Source of the DNA: Pseudomonadota bacterium
Lineage (GTDB): Bacteria > Bdellovibrionota_G > JALEGL01 > DATDPG01
NCBI GenBank assembly: GCA_043804515.1
Contig: JAZDIZ010000172.1
Span: 1-26,947, forward strand
Length of the DNA: 26,947 bases
Direction: 5' to 3'
Shown in pieces: positions 26,216 to 26,947 of the stretch. A program made the position numbers and the translations under genes. A model generated the notes under the pieces. The model saw only the letters and a program-made list of their open reading frames with translations, ran no database searches and was not told the origin of the DNA. Within the stretch, counting starts at the first letter, position 1, and each line of letters begins with the position of its first letter.

Positions 26216-26810
26216 CCACGCCCCCCGAGACCAAGAACGTGATTCCTTCCCCTTGAAAATAGTCCGTCCGCTTCGTGTGCTTCCGCTTGAAGTCCGATAC
26301 GCGCTTGAGCGTGTCGGCGGGGGTTCCCACACGAATCCCTTCGGGCGTCGAGTACGCCGGGTCCCGGACGAAGATTTCGAAGACCGTCCGATCAGCCGTG
26401 GAAAACGCGAGCAGAATTTGAGCCGTGAGGGAGTCGGCAAAATCCCTTTCGGGCACATAACCCAGCGGCAGAATGAATGCGTATCTCGGATCGGCGTATC
26501 GCTTCGGATGCGCCCACTTCACCTTCGAGCTCAGCGCGCCGAAGGAGGAACCGATCTCGAATGCGCCCGCCCGCGTTCCCGCCAGGATGAGCCGGTCCGA
26601 CTCGACACGAAGGGGCGCGGCCTGGGTCCGGGCCGCATTCGGCGTCGGCGTAACCTGAACCGATTTCGGCCCGAAGACGCCGACCGTGTCCTTCTCGATT
26701 TGCTCGCGGGATTCACGCGCCGGGTCCCTCGCGGGCGCGCACGGCGAAGCCGACAGGGCCGGCTGAGCCCATAGCAAGATGAGAAGCGCGCCGGCGGCTA
26801 TCATTCGCAC
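26178..26810 (-). CDS. Uncharacterised exported protein
   Basis: Signal peptide (V)RMIAAGALLILLWAQPALSA and a C-terminal TPEGIRVGT...Y...GITF...G.VTEIAV pattern. The start is GTG 26810 or ATG 26804; it converges on pyrK with a 38-bp overlap. Confidence 0.65.
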   Translation of the reverse strand: MRMIAAGALLILLWAQPALSASPCAPARDPARESREQIEKDTVGVFGPKSVQVTPTPNAARTQAAPLRVESDRLILAGTRAGAFEIGSSFGALSSKVKWAHPKRYADPRYAFILPLGYVPERDFADSLTAQILLAFSTADRTVFEIFVRDPAYSTPEGIRVGTPADTLKRVSDFKRKHTKRTDYFQGEGITFLVSGGVVTEIAVVRKVQK

Positions 26811-26816
26811 GTTCGG

Positions 26817-26846
26817 ATCATAGGGGAACACCCACGGCGCGGTCAA
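26817..26846 (-). promoter_or_regulatory. Putative sigma70 promoter for the minus-strand gene
   Basis: On the minus strand: TTGACC (26846-26841) - 18 bp - TATGAT (26822-26817). The predicted +1 falls on the GTG at 26810. Confidence 0.55.
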
Positions 26847-26851
26847 AATGA

Positions 26852-26880
26852 TTGACGACAAAAGTCCGGAACCATACGAT
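26852..26880 (+). promoter_or_regulatory. Putative sigma70 promoter for the cold-shock gene
   Basis: TTGACG (26852-26857) - 17 bp - TACGAT (26875-26880). Confidence 0.55.
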
Positions 26881-26910
26881 GCAATGAGTTAGGTTTTTAG
26901 GAGGCTGTGG

Positions 26911-26947
26911 ATGGCGAACGGCAAGGTCAAGTGGTTCAACGACAAGA
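26911..26947 (+). CDS. Cold-shock protein (CspA family), 5' part; runs off the window
   Basis: RBS AGGAGG at 26899-26904, then MANGKVKWFNDK, the canonical G.VKWFN start of cold-shock domains. It is not in the ORF track. Confidence 0.88.
   Translation, partial: MANGKVKWFNDK

Noticed and set aside
1..26947. CRISPR arrays, tRNA or rRNA genes, integrases, transposases, reverse transcriptases
   Set aside because: I saw no regularly spaced repeats, no tRNA cloverleaf with a T-loop and no catalytic motifs for these enzymes. A diversity-generating-retroelement reading of the glyA repeat also fails, because the differences are not adenine-specific.

Overview
GC-rich bacterial chromosomal window, almost all on the + strand. 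Gene content and order suggest a deltaproteobacteria-like or Bdellovibrionota-like organism (inference only). In order: the 3' end of a HIT hydrolase; an outer-membrane beta-barrel plus lipoprotein pair with sigma54-like and sigma70-like promoters; yceD-rpmF-fabG-acpP-fabF-rpiB-glyA; an accessory interval; ribD-ribE-ribBA-ribH-nusB; a stand-alone M17 N-terminal-domain protein and a tetraheme cytochrome c; a 700-bp structure-rich intergenic region; prkA(yeaG)-yeaH-spoVR; a SurA-like gene, rimI, a DPM1-like GT2 and an orphan pyrK; a convergent exported protein; and the start of a cold-shock gene. The main finding is that the last 171 bp of glyA (7499-7669) recur 3546 bp downstream (11045-11215). 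The first 77 bp are identical, and the remaining 94 bp carry 17 mostly silent differences with the stop kept. The two copies bracket an integrase-less cassette with a consensus sigma54 promoter and two overlapping, uncharacterised exported proteins. A second accessory pair (DUF2157 + GDYXXLXY) follows, where nrdR is usually found. A candidate ~200-nt structured ncRNA lies upstream of the prkA promoter. All calls were made by eye; no database search or folding program was run.
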